A program made the position numbers and the translations under genes. Shown here piece by piece: positions 49,459-60,327 of a DNA stretch of 64,000 nucleotides. The stretch spans positions 126,923 to 190,922 of the forward strand of contig RBZT01000419.1 in assembly GCA_003693705.1 (NCBI GenBank), written 5' to 3'. The notes under the pieces are model-generated. The model was not told the DNA's origin. It searched no databases and worked only from the letters and a program-made list of their open reading frames with translations. The stretch is from Polymyxa betae A26-41. Lineage: Eukaryota > Protista > Endomyxa: Phytomyxea. How positions within the stretch are numbered: position 1 is the stretch's first letter; every line of letters starts with the position of its first letter.

Positions 49459-51528
49459 TCATTGGGGCAAAGCCATACATTGAAGTAGGGGCACGACATT
49501 GCCCACAGCATCTTCTACTCTGAATCTGGCCTCAAAGACATCAACTTCGATGTCAGCACAAAGTACAGTAATGTCTTCATCGTATTCATCGCTTGATGAA
49601 CAAATTTGTCGTGCAATTTCGATGCTGGAAGATATAATCAACTTGGATTTTTGTTGGAAAATAATGAGAAATCTTCTCAAAACACTCGCAAAACCCAGAG
49701 CACTTTTAGAATCGACATTCAGTTGCTGTACAGAGTGCAACAAAAAATGAATAGTCCTTGCAGCCAAAATGGCAGCTGTCCTTCTGCAATATACTTGGAT
49801 CTGATCGAATAGGGCAAACATATCAGGCTGTGGGTTGTTTTGAGCATAAACCTTGAGAACAACAACGTGCCAATTTAGAACTTCTCCTATTAACTTTTCG
49901 ATATTGGAGACCATAGAACAACTGATGGCCTGTTTACTTTCACCTTGACGAATTATAGTGCCGATCTCATCAACTGTATCTAATAAACTGGAATCGTAAA
50001 GAGCAACATTTCTTTCAAGATAAATCGATCTTTCACGGCCAATTTGTTCCAGCTGGTCAGCTACTTCAGCACCACCGTAAAGATTAAATAAGGCATCGAA
50101 ATCAGCTGATGAACATTCTTCTTCAGAATCAGGAAGTCGGGGATAACTGGCAAAAAACTGGGTCATTTCAGCACAAGGATGGTGTTCGACATCCTCTGGA
50201 TGCTGACTTGGTCTTAGGGTCATTTCTTCTTGATGAAAGATCTCGACTTCAGAGTCGTCTCCCTCTTCTGGAGATTCTCTATCAGATGCAGACAGCATTT
50301 GTGCAGACGAAAACATTTCATTGAGTGTATGCGGCGATGAAGGAGGAGAAAGCGAAACAGGTTTTCTTCCAGGTAAATCGTTGAATACAGATTCTTGTGG
50401 TACGCTGATGTTCGGTACGATACTTTTGGCTTTATCAAGCACTTCTGAAGTTAAGACACCACTAGCCTGCAACAACTCTTGGCCTGATTGAGCTGCTGTA
50501 ATTCGAACACCCTCGAATACATCCTGAAGCCAGCCTGTACTCACATTCTCATTCCGCGTTGAAGACGGGGACAAAACCGGTGACAATCTGTTGCTATAGC
50601 TGCTATGAAAAGACTTATTGGAAGGCGGATGTTTCTCGTCAGCCTCCCATTCATCATTCCAGGACGCTGAGTCCATTGGAATATGGGGGATTTGATGTAG
50701 TGTACCGGGCGCACTCGGGTGGAAAGCAGCTGGCGAGGAGGATCTGGACACAGAATGAGAGAGAACATGTGGTAAAATTTGGCCTGTATGTGGGCTATGC
50801 ATTTGTGATGATTGCGAGTCAAAAGATTGAACTTGAACAGAGTTTGATGGGATTTTGGTACTTTGAGCCTGGGTATGATGATCTTGAAACAATTCAAAGA
50901 AATCTTGTTCAGTACGAAACGAAGTTTGCGGCGAGCTGACAGGAGCATCTGCAGATGAATTAGATAGCACGCCTGGCTTTTTCACAAGAGCCTCAGTGGC
51001 AACTTGAATCAGCTCACGTCCTGACTGACCAGCTGAGGCTTTCACGTTTTCCAAAACAGATCCAAGCGATTCAAACCATTTAGATCTCGATCCGCTACGA
51101 GTCCTATTCCTATTAGGAGAAAGCTGCTGACTTTCAGAGAGCTGTAGAGAAGCCTGTTGCCCTTGCTGACCATCTTCGGGCATTAGGATAAGATCAGCAG
51201 CCGATGAGGTAACCTTAGCAGCGAACGAACCCCAACCCCATCCTTCCGATAATGTATCATCTGGAGATAAAACCCTATGGTCTGTAATGCGGGATTCAAG
51301 GGATGATACAGACTTAGCATTATCCACAAATAAATTCAAAGCTGCAGAATGTGGGATATCTGATATAGGACTAGGCAATTCAATAGATGGCAAATCGGGT
51401 GGATTTGCATCAGAGCCAAGCTCTTCCAAATTGACGTATTCAGTTCGAGGGTCAGGGACAGGTTCAGACACAGCCTTAATCTCTTCAGCTTCTTGATCAC
51501 TCCAGAAATCGTCATCCCAATTGGACAT
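49459..51528 (-). CDS. FAM114-like protein, intronless, long disordered N-terminus
   Basis: WGWGSFAAKVTSSA motif and FDALFNLYGGAEVADQLEQI. These resemble recalled FAM114A / plant homologue motifs (WGxWG..., FD..F.IYGG.E.LE.LE.L). Confidence 0.6.
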   Translation of the reverse strand: MSNWDDDFWSDQEAEEIKAVSEPVPDPRTEYVNLEELGSDANPPDLPSIELPSPISDIPHSAALNLFVDNAKSVSSLESRITDHRVLSPDDTLSEGWGWGSFAAKVTSSAADLILMPEDGQQGQQASLQLSESQQLSPNRNRTRSGSRSKWFESLGSVLENVKASAGQSGRELIQVATEALVKKPGVLSNSSADAPVSSPQTSFRTEQDFFELFQDHHTQAQSTKIPSNSVQVQSFDSQSSQMHSPHTGQILPHVLSHSVSRSSSPAAFHPSAPGTLHQIPHIPMDSASWNDEWEADEKHPPSNKSFHSSYSNRLSPVLSPSSTRNENVSTGWLQDVFEGVRITAAQSGQELLQASGVLTSEVLDKAKSIVPNISVPQESVFNDLPGRKPVSLSPPSSPHTLNEMFSSAQMLSASDRESPEEGDDSEVEIFHQEEMTLRPSQHPEDVEHHPCAEMTQFFASYPRLPDSEEECSSADFDALFNLYGGAEVADQLEQIGRERSIYLERNVALYDSSLLDTVDEIGTIIRQGESKQAISCSMVSNIEKLIGEVLNWHVVVLKVYAQNNPQPDMFALFDQIQVYCRRTAAILAARTIHFLLHSVQQLNVDSKSALGFASVLRRFLIIFQQKSKLIISSSIEIARQICSSSDEYDEDITVLCADIEVDVFEARFRVEDAVGNVVPLLQCMALPQ

Positions 51529-52072
51529 AGTATATAGCGTAATCCAATCCAATCAGTGGCGAAATGTTCTAATCGAGCACAAAAACGAAAAATGGGCTCT
51601 TTCCTGTACAGGCGTCAGCAAAGCATGATGAGCCAGAAACAATAAGCAGATGTGATTCACCAAATGCTGTTTGTGAGAAGGGTGGGCTGCGCAAACCTGT
51701 AGTATTGCAAATGCAGTGCCTTGCTGAATAATCATTATCAGCGATTTACGATTTACGTCGAATTGAATTCATACCAATTCAGTTACTAATACCAACATTT
51801 TTTCGAGTTTCAAAATCTTACGTTTAATTCTGTTTTTATCGTATGTTTGCCTAAGTAATTCAAGAGTTCCGTCGTTCTTATCAGAGAACGGCTGGCTAAT
51901 CCATGTGATAATCTTGCGAATGAGGATAATGATCCGGATTGCAATTAAACAAATGGGTATGCATTTGTAATTATTGCAATTATGTGGACTTAGTGATTCT
52001 AAGGAGAACTAACATGATAATCATCGCTCTTATTTTTCAATGTGATTTTGGATTGCGCCTGTTCATATACAT

Positions 52073-53815
52073 ATGTTAACCTGGCTTTCTCTTCTAATAG
52101 GTCAACAGATCCTATCCCGATCTGCTACATTCGTCCTCAATGTCGCCATTACTCGTTATCTCAAAGTCGAGCAGTTTGGTGCCACAATGATTTTGTCTCT
52201 TCTTGAATCCACTGTTTGTACTTATTCGATTATATTCGGATCCCTCTGATTTAGGATGCAAAGGTGCTTTTTATCTGTAGAGAGCCGCTTCGTCGTATTG
52301 TGATTCGTAGCGGAACGCCTGAACATGTCCAATCTTGTATCAATTCTGCATGGATGATATCTCTACCAGGTTCGCTCTTATTCACAATAACTATTCTTTA
52401 TTATCGGTCAGCTGACCTCACTAATGATATGTTTTCTTGTCTCGTGCTGTACTGTCTGGGGATTATTGTCGACTTGATGACAGAACCCTTTTATTTGAGT
52501 ACAACTGCCTCTGGCCGTATTCCATCCCGAGTTGCAATTGAATCTCTTAGTGGCATATTGAGGATTGTAATTACTTTCATATTACTGATGCCTCCACTAT
52601 CCTTTGGCTTATCTGCATATGCATGGGCTCTATTAGGCTATGCTATCGCTAAATTAATGTTGTTTTCAATGGATTTTCGAAAATGGTCGTCTGCACTACC
52701 ACTACCTGTTCGCTTAAAAAGTGGGTTGTGGATTGAAAGATCAGCATCAGACCTTGGAGGCAAATTTGCTTTGCAATCAATCGAGAAATATCTCCTGACG
52801 GAAGGCGAGAGCCTTGCATTGGTCATGATTGGCAGAGATTTGCATGCGCAAGGTCATTAATTGCTGCCAGGAAATCAGTTCTAATCCAAACACAGGCGTT
52901 TATGCAATGGTTCAGAATTTAGGTTCCTTAATTGCAAGGTTCATATTTCAGCCGGTAGAAGAGATAGCATCGCTCTATTTTTCTTCCAAGGTTTGAGGCC
53001 ATGAATATTTTAACAATGTTGTTTTAAAATATCAGAAATAGGATCATAAATCCATTTCTGAACTTCACTCTGCAATCTCAACCTTGATGAAACTCATGCT
53101 TTTAATTGGTCTTCTGGGAATTTCATTCGGCCCGTTCTATTCGTTCTCGGCTATTCACTTACTGTATGGATCAGCATGGAGTTTGAAAACCGATGTAGCA
53201 TATGTCTTATCGCTCTACTGCTTCTACGTTCTCTTCATGGCTCTCAACGGAGTTACTGAAGCATTCCTATTATCAACTATATCCTCCGATCAGTTAAACA
53301 CGTATAATTTGGTTCTAATTCCTTTCTCTTGTAGGTTTTTGCTATTCTAATTTTCGAAAGACTGAAATGTAATTATCGGTAGTGCTTCATGTACTTTTAT
53401 CTTCCTTACTTGTTCCTTTTGGCAACCAGGGATTGATTTTTGCAAATTGCGTCTCCATGGCACTTCGCACAACATATAGTTTTTATTTTATGACTAATTA
53501 TTTCAACACGAGTTGGAAAGATCTGCTCTGGGCAAATTTACCTCATAAAATGGTCGTTTCGGTGCTTGTGCTAACCTCTTTTTTGCTGAACAGAAGCCAG
53601 ATCTTTTTACAGGTACGTTGCTTAAAACCAAACTATTGCTATTGATAATCTATTGCAAGATTTGCACGGAACCCTCTCATACGTCGCTCGCCGCACACGC
53701 CTTAATCGGATGTTTTTGCTTGGTCATTCTATGTTTAACCATTTTCATCTATGAGAAACAGTTTCTTATAGATCTTATTGGTCTCGTGAGAGAAAGAAAA
53801 TTGGCAACTGAGTAA
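52073..53815 (+). CDS. RFT1: RFT1 oligosaccharide translocation protein
   Basis: QILSRSATFVLN; LLESTV|LFICREPLRR; QSIEKYLLTEGE; VQNLGSLIARFIFQPVEE; FMALNGVTEAF; GLIFANCVSMALR. Confidence 0.95.
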
Positions 53816-53865
53816 ATCCATAATAATCAAAAGATTGTAAATATCGTGTCAACTTTTCAAAATAA

Positions 53866-55088
53866 ATGAGCAACACGGAGACCTTTGAGGTTACAGACTT
53901 GCAGTCCGTGCCGGTGTTAAATATCGTCTTTGTTTCAAGTCTCTTTACTTCTCTATCCATCCATGATCTTGCAGCAAACCTTTCATCTTATCTAATGTTC
54001 TTAATTCCATCGATTCAGTATCAGGACCTAGCATTCAATTTCACATATTTACGGCAGCAAATCGTCTCCACTGGACATGCGGTCACTCACGTAATTCTAT
54101 ACTTTTGAGTTTGCTGTCAAATTAATTTGTATCTGCAGAATTTGGCACCATATGGTGCTCAAATTAAGCAGTTTTTGGATGAATATGCAGTTCCCTTATT
54201 CCAATTTAATGCTGATTCTCAGACTTTCGGTCTGTTAGCTGCTATTGCTGTGGGATTAATTCTTGCAGCAACATCTAGACGGTTGGCATCGCGTCGAAAT
54301 CGTCACCAAGGTGATAAGAATGCTGTGTTGGAAGAAACAAAACCCTCGGTGTGCAGCGATTCAGATATCTTAAAAACCCTATGCAATGAAATATGCCATC
54401 TACCTGCTGTGAAGGTTAAATACCGTTTTCAGAAATGTCGGCTTCCTTATTAACCATCCTGAACTAGCATGATAGGAAGCTCTCTAGTATACTTACTCAG
54501 GCAATTTTGTCTTTCAAGTCAGCTAGAAATGAGCCCGAGATGGAAGCTCGGAAAGAACAGTTCGGCAAGATCTCTGAAAGGCATGAAAAAATGGAATATG
54601 TTATTACTCAGTCTGTTAAAGGTATGATACATTTCAAAAGTATTTTTGTAATCGATTGATCATCTTCAAAGAGATTGAGTTCTTAAACTCCGAGGTTGCA
54701 AGGTTGATGTCGGATCTGGAATCCTTAGAAGCATTGAGGGACGAAAATACGAAACTTCGTCGTAAATGCAATCAGTTGTTAGGTGAAGTTGCTGAACTAA
54801 GGAAAAAGTTAGCAACAGCATCTCAGATCGTCAGTAATGAGGATGAAATCAGGGATCTGGAATTTCAGTTACTGTAAGTTTCTGGGTTATCATCCTGTTC
54901 CCATATCTAACAACTGATTTCCTAGCTATGGCAATACTGAAAAAGACAAGTTGATAGCATCGCTGCAAAAAGAATTATCTGAAAAGGACAAGATTTTACG
55001 AGACGGTGCGGTTAGAAGCGGATCGTCTGCTGAGGAGTCCATAAACAAATGGCTGTTTGAGGATTGTGATACAGAATACGCGTTGTGA
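53866..55088 (+). CDS. Hypothetical single-pass membrane protein with coiled coil, multi-exon
   Basis: TM FGLLAAIAVGLILAA followed by a basic patch; heptad-rich EIEFLNSEVARLMSDLESLEALRDENTKLRRKCNQLLGEVAELRKKL; spliceable frame ending at TGA 55086-55088. Confidence 0.6.
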
Positions 55089-55260
55089 TTGTTTCATCGA
55101 ATAAATATGAATATGCTGAGCTGAGCGCCTTGCTAAAACTCTATGCACAATGACAGATTTATGTAAAAAATTGTGCGACTGCAGGAGGAGTGGTTGTTAC
55201 ATGATTTTGCTGTCTGTGTCTAATATTATTGCAGACTGAGGGACACCATCATATATCTCT

Positions 55261-55944
55261 ATGTCGTTCTCTCTCGCCGATAGCACGTTCGGCGCTGCAT
55301 CAGGGCCTGAGCCCACCTTCTCCGAGCGCTTGCTTGGCGAACTTTCCAGAAAGTTCCAGAGGTATTCTCTTCACAATTCTGCCCTTTACCGCTTCTTAAA
55401 ATGATGAAGGTATTTGGACGCGTCGGTTCCACATACAGGTGCTCGATGGATAACGTTTGCAGTCTGTTTCTTTACCATTGCTGCTCGTATCTTCTTTCTG
55501 CAGGGATTTTACATTGTTGCATATGCATACGGAATTTACCTCCTACATCTGTTTATCGGGTTTCTGTCACCTCAAGATGATCCAGATTTAGATTCCGATG
55601 GACTAGCTCTACCAACCTGGGACACAGATGAATTCAAACCTTTCGTAAGGCGTCTACCTGAATTCAAATTCTGGTACGCAGCGTTCAAAGCTTCGGTTCT
55701 TTCGCTGTTATGTACATTCTTCACTTTCTGTGATATTGTAAGCGGTTTTTGCTGAGGTTTTGCTGGATTATTTCTAACTCTTTCGTAGCCGGTGTTCTGG
55801 CCGATCCTGTTAATGTATTTTATCGCATTGGTGTTTCTTACAATGAAAAGGCAAATTAAGCATATGATTAAGCACAAGTATGTGCCTTTTTCTATCGGCA
55901 AGAAAAAATTTGGAACTTCCCAGTCTCGAAGTGGATCCCGATAA
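55261..55944 (+). CDS. RER1: RER1 ER-retrieval receptor
   Basis: [28 protein letters not shown]; [17 protein letters not shown]; [11 protein letters not shown]; [17 protein letters not shown]. Confidence 0.97.
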
Positions 55945-56151
55945 TTTCTTATTCGTAATAAAAATAACTCCAACGATGTCAATAAAGACGTTTTTATTAC
56001 ATTGTCTAGCACTCCTGAACTGACGAAATTGCATCTGTTGACATGTCCTGGATGAAGTCATGTTGTTGACATCGATGTTCGGCTTGTATCACAAGCTAGA
56101 AGCCATCCGTAGTTTTCTGAACAGTTAATGGCCATTCCTAATGATGTTCAG

Positions 56152-56661
56152 TAGGGGGTATCAAAGTTAGGTTAAGAATCGATTCTCCGGGGGTCGGCGG
56201 GATAATCGATTCTCCGGGAGGGGGTATCAAAGTTGAACAGTTGGAATGGCCGTTTTTCCTTCTAACAAGTCAAAATTTCAAGTATTTCGATGCAATAAAC
56301 CATTGCAAGAAATTCCTTCTTGCTGGAACGGCGACTTTCATCGTTACCGTCATCTGCATTATAGGTCGTAAAATTGGGCATTGTCTTAGCAGAAGGGCGG
56401 CGTGCAGGCGTACGCGTCTGGGGTGCAGGCGTCCTCATTCGTTTTTTGAAAACTGTTATGCAGAACAGAGAAAATTATTTATTCCAAGTCGAGGGGTGAT
56501 TTAATACGACGAATTATAACACGCAAAATTAGCTCCGTGATTCTCCCGTGATAATCGATTCTCCCGTAAGAATCAGGAAAATCGACGATTCTCGTTTAAT
56601 AATCCACCCCCGGAGAATCGATTCTTAAAATGCGTGAAGATCCTAACTTTAATACCACCTT
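56152..56661. mobile_element. MITE-like non-autonomous DNA transposon (~510 bp)
   Basis: Imperfect terminal inverted repeats AGGGGGTATCAAAGTTAGG ... CCTAACTTTAATACCACCT. Inner inverted pair TTAAGAATCGATTCTCCGGGGGT / ACCCCCGGAGAATCGATTCTTAA. Repeated AATCGATTCTCC motifs and an internal second copy of the left TIR (~56220). No clean TSD. Confidence 0.8.
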
Positions 56662-57351
56662 AGTAAAAGCCAGAACCAGAACGCATCATTATTGGTAGGC
56701 AGTTCCGTTCGGTGTACAGAATCTTGATTCGAATATTTGCCGATAGCTGACCATATGATTGTTAATTTTTAATGCCATGAAATCGATCATAAAACAAGGA
56801 CATTTTGACAATAATTGCCCATGCGATCCAGGTATTCCCCAGGACCCAGGTCCAATACTGGTCCAGTTACAACTTTCGGACGAACAGCAGAGACAGCAGC
56901 CAAATAGATTGGCATATCAATTACTCAACATATAATGGCATATAATAAGCTTTGGGAGGGATAATCAAATCAATATTCCACATTAGCAAAGAGCAGAGAA
57001 ACCCTGGGAAAAGATTTCATTTGATAACTGCAACCACACTACCAAAATCGTACCTACCTTACCGAACGAGCTCTATTTGAGCATGATCGAACGACATCGA
57101 TTGTGCAGGCCAATACAAACGGCTGCGATAAGATTTGATGAGCGATATACTAGCAACCAGCTAACTTAGGGACTGTTGTAGAAGAATAGTTGCAGCAAAG
57201 AGTCCCAAGACCCAAATTGCCTGCAGACAGAGAGATAATTAGTACATAAATATGTTTCATGTGTACATACATCTGTAACATGTTATTATTATGTAAATTG
57301 TATTACTAATAGACAGACAACAACCACATGGGGATTCCATTTTCAGTATTT

Positions 57352-57839
57352 TCAGCTCCGATCAATCTCAACTTGAATCATCTCGTTATTGTCGGTGCCA
57401 GATCCTGGAACCGGTGAAACTTTTTCCAGATCGATATGTTCCCTTTCGTCTCGACTTATTTCTCCTCTCCTGCTCTCTCCATCACGCTGATGTTGCCGTT
57501 CGATGCCGATTTGTATCATTCTGAAATCAGTATGATTTAGTTTTAAATAATGAAAGAAGAAATAATATCGACCGTTCTTCTTCCTCGATTTCACTCATAT
57601 GTCGTTCATATGCATCAAGAACATACTGATAGCGAGAACTGGTGATACCCAGAAAATCAGCTGCTGTCTCACCGATATAATCGACAGCTGCAAAGCAGGC
57701 TAATGTAAGGTCATGCAATTAGACAGGATAATGTGCTGCTATTGACCAGACCGGTTAAAAAGGCAGTGGCTGCCTTAACGCCATAGCTGAAATACGATTC
57801 CTGCTCTTGTTCCGGTGACGTCTGACCTTCAGTCTGCAT
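57352..57839 (-). CDS. FAM177-like small protein, 3 exons
   Basis: VDYIGETAADFLGITSSRYQYVLDAYER matches the recalled FAM177 core (CDFLGEKIASVLGISTPKYQYAIDEYYR). Confidence 0.75.
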
Positions 57840-58163
57840 CAGCTTAATGGAAATGATGTGAGGAATTGATCGCTGCCCGGCATTGCTAATGTCTCAGGCA
57901 GCGCCCAGATGTACAGTATTTTGTGATTCTTGTCACTCATGCCCAGCTTGATCACACGGTTTCATCGATAAAAGTACCATTCTTTTGGGTTGTTACAACG
58001 ACTTCAGACTTTCCGGAGCAGTCATCAGGAAAATGGAGCTTATTTATGCTGTTTTTAAAGACAGAGGTCCTAATCTTGATGACAAGTGACAACTGAAGCT
58101 TTCAAATTGTCGGAGAGTTGGGCGGAACCTGGAGTCTTATCATTCTTGAGTAATATAATAATT

Positions 58164-59429
58164 TTACTTTAATATAAGTGAACTATTTTCAGACATGTGC
58201 ATATGTCTTCTGAGATTCAATACGCGATTAGTAAATGTACTTTGAGGAGATCCTAAAAATAAATCTGATCTTGCACAGATCTGTTGCTCAATAGCAGCTC
58301 TCATATTCTCGCTGTTCTTGCAAGGGGCAATTCTTTCGTGATCACATCCGATTTCTATATTAATGTTAATGCCAGATCGCAATTGTTCTAATTCTACATT
58401 AGCAGCATCGGTTATGATTATGACATGATGAGCAGAAGAGCTATTGATCAAATCATTTGCAGATTGAATATATGTTGATAATGGGATCAGGCTAAGATCT
58501 GTTCTTCGAATGTGCATACAGAGAACTGGTTTAAGACGATCGGATATGACGGTACTAGCGATAGATTCAATATGGAGACTTGGTGGTAGATCTGGAGCTG
58601 ATAAAGCATTGCAATGGAACATGGCATCTCCTGTCATGAGAATTAGTTTATCGTTTAGCGATGTCACTGTAGGAACCGGGTCAAATCCAGCTTCTACAAT
58701 ATGGTGATGATGCTCTAGAGGAAACTTTCCGCATGAGCCATTGCCTGGGAAATTGAACTCGGCGTGATTTACTTTAGTTGTGACAAGAGGGATTGAATCA
58801 TTGGTGATAGAAGCAATATAAGGTGTTAGAGACCACGGTAGAAGATAGCAATCGGTTGACCAAGAATTAGGATCTCGCAGTTGCCATGGAGCATCGTTTA
58901 TGCTCTCATCACATTGATTTCGAGCATTTACCAAAGTGCCATTATATATATATTCGAGGACATCTGGATCTGGTTCTCCATAATTAAATCCACGAATAAG
59001 GCAGGGACGCTGTGCAGGGTTCAACTGCGAGCTGATAGCATTAATATTTAGAAGTTGCAACCATGATAAGCTAAAGTGATTATCTCCTAAAACAGTTGAT
59101 GGGGGATAAACCAGAACTTTTCGCCCTGTTAGTTGGGATAATTTTATAGCATAACCTAGCATGACAAGATTATTTGATAGTCGGCCATACCCAGAATAAG
59201 CTATATATTTGTCAGCTGGTGATAAGCCAAACTGATGAGAATCTTGTACAATACGCAGAGGCTTATGTTCATGATCCATATTATGATGATGATCTTCATG
59301 CTTGGGTTGATTTTGAATGAGTAAAATAATGGAGGACGAATATGGGTCGATATTAACAATAGACGTAATAAGAGCTAAGACAAGGACCAGCGAGATAACT
59401 AAGGTGGTAACCGTAGATGAGAGCTTCAT
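58164..59429 (-). CDS. GDP-fucose O-fucosyltransferase-family type II membrane glycosyltransferase, intronless
   Basis: N-terminal signal anchor; GYGRLSNNL; CMHIRRTD; IITD; IEQQICARSDLFLGSPQSTFT. Confidence 0.85.
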   Translation of the reverse strand: MKLSSTVTTLVISLVLVLALITSIVNIDPYSSSIILLIQNQPKHEDHHHNMDHEHKPLRIVQDSHQFGLSPADKYIAYSGYGRLSNNLVMLGYAIKLSQLTGRKVLVYPPSTVLGDNHFSLSWLQLLNINAISSQLNPAQRPCLIRGFNYGEPDPDVLEYIYNGTLVNARNQCDESINDAPWQLRDPNSWSTDCYLLPWSLTPYIASITNDSIPLVTTKVNHAEFNFPGNGSCGKFPLEHHHHIVEAGFDPVPTVTSLNDKLILMTGDAMFHCNALSAPDLPPSLHIESIASTVISDRLKPVLCMHIRRTDLSLIPLSTYIQSANDLINSSSAHHVIIITDAANVELEQLRSGININIEIGCDHERIAPCKNSENMRAAIEQQICARSDLFLGSPQSTFTNRVLNLRRHMHMSENSSLILK

Positions 59430-59567
59430 CAGCAATAAAGCAAGTGGTGAAATGATAGGAAGAGAGGTGAAGATTTGGGGATATTTTCACCTTAGTTTAT
59501 ATCCATGTTAATATACCTACAACGTACAGTATCAGAGATAAGAAAAACGAAATTTGTGACATAGGGC

Positions 59568-59938
59568 GATAGGGAACCCACTTCTCACTTATCTCCTTCA
59601 TATATGTATATTGTATGGGTGATAAGGAGCTCATGTCTCACTTATCTCCTATATTTATGAGCTCATTTCTCACTTATCTCCTTCATAATGTATGGTTGAT
59701 AGGGAGCTCATTTCCCACTTATCTCCTTCATATATGTATGGATGATAGAGCTCATTTCTCACTTATCTCCTTCATATATGTATATTGTATGGGTGATAAG
59801 GAGCTCATTTCTCACTTATCTCCTATATTTATGAGCTCATTTCTCACTTATCCCCTTCATATATGTATACATGATAGGAAGCTCATTTCTCACTTATCTC
59901 CTCCATATATGTATGGATGATAGGGAGCTCATTCTCTC
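59568..59938. repeat. Higher-order minisatellite: 8 full + 1 partial copies of GAGCTCATTTCTCACTTATCTCCT with related variable linkers
   Basis: Linker order long/short/medium/medium occurs twice, i.e. a ~174-bp four-unit block is duplicated. Confidence 0.92.
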
Positions 59939-60327
59939 TTGTCTGCTTCCATCATAAAAAACATCTTCATCTATGCATACTATTGTCAGTTTCCCGTAAG
60001 ATCGCCCAAATGATCATCTGCAGAGCGCTTCAAATTCGGCAAACAAATAGGAAGCTGCATTCTGAGTAGTGAAAGCTTCCACCTGCACAGCATACTCGTT
60101 CAATTATAGAACTAGTATAGAGAAGTAATTGGAACTGAAGTAAAATTCTTTTAAATCAATATCATAACAGTTCAATGCTGATACATCCTAGCGCCTGCTT
60201 TTTTAATGCCAGGTACTGTATCTCAGAATTTTATGCAGTAGTGCTGATTAAGTGCTGATATCTGAGAATTATAGAAGAGAAGTTAACCAGATCGACTAAA
60301 TCGTACCATAAGCAAAGGTCCAGAACT

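Noticed and set aside
59615-59920. 101-aa repetitive ORF
   Set aside because: It is the translation of the minisatellite.
59568-59938. Possible CRISPR array (constant repeat with variable spacers)
   Set aside because: The linkers are homologous or identical to each other and vary from 8 to 29 bp, there are no cas genes, and the context is eukaryotic. It is a minisatellite.
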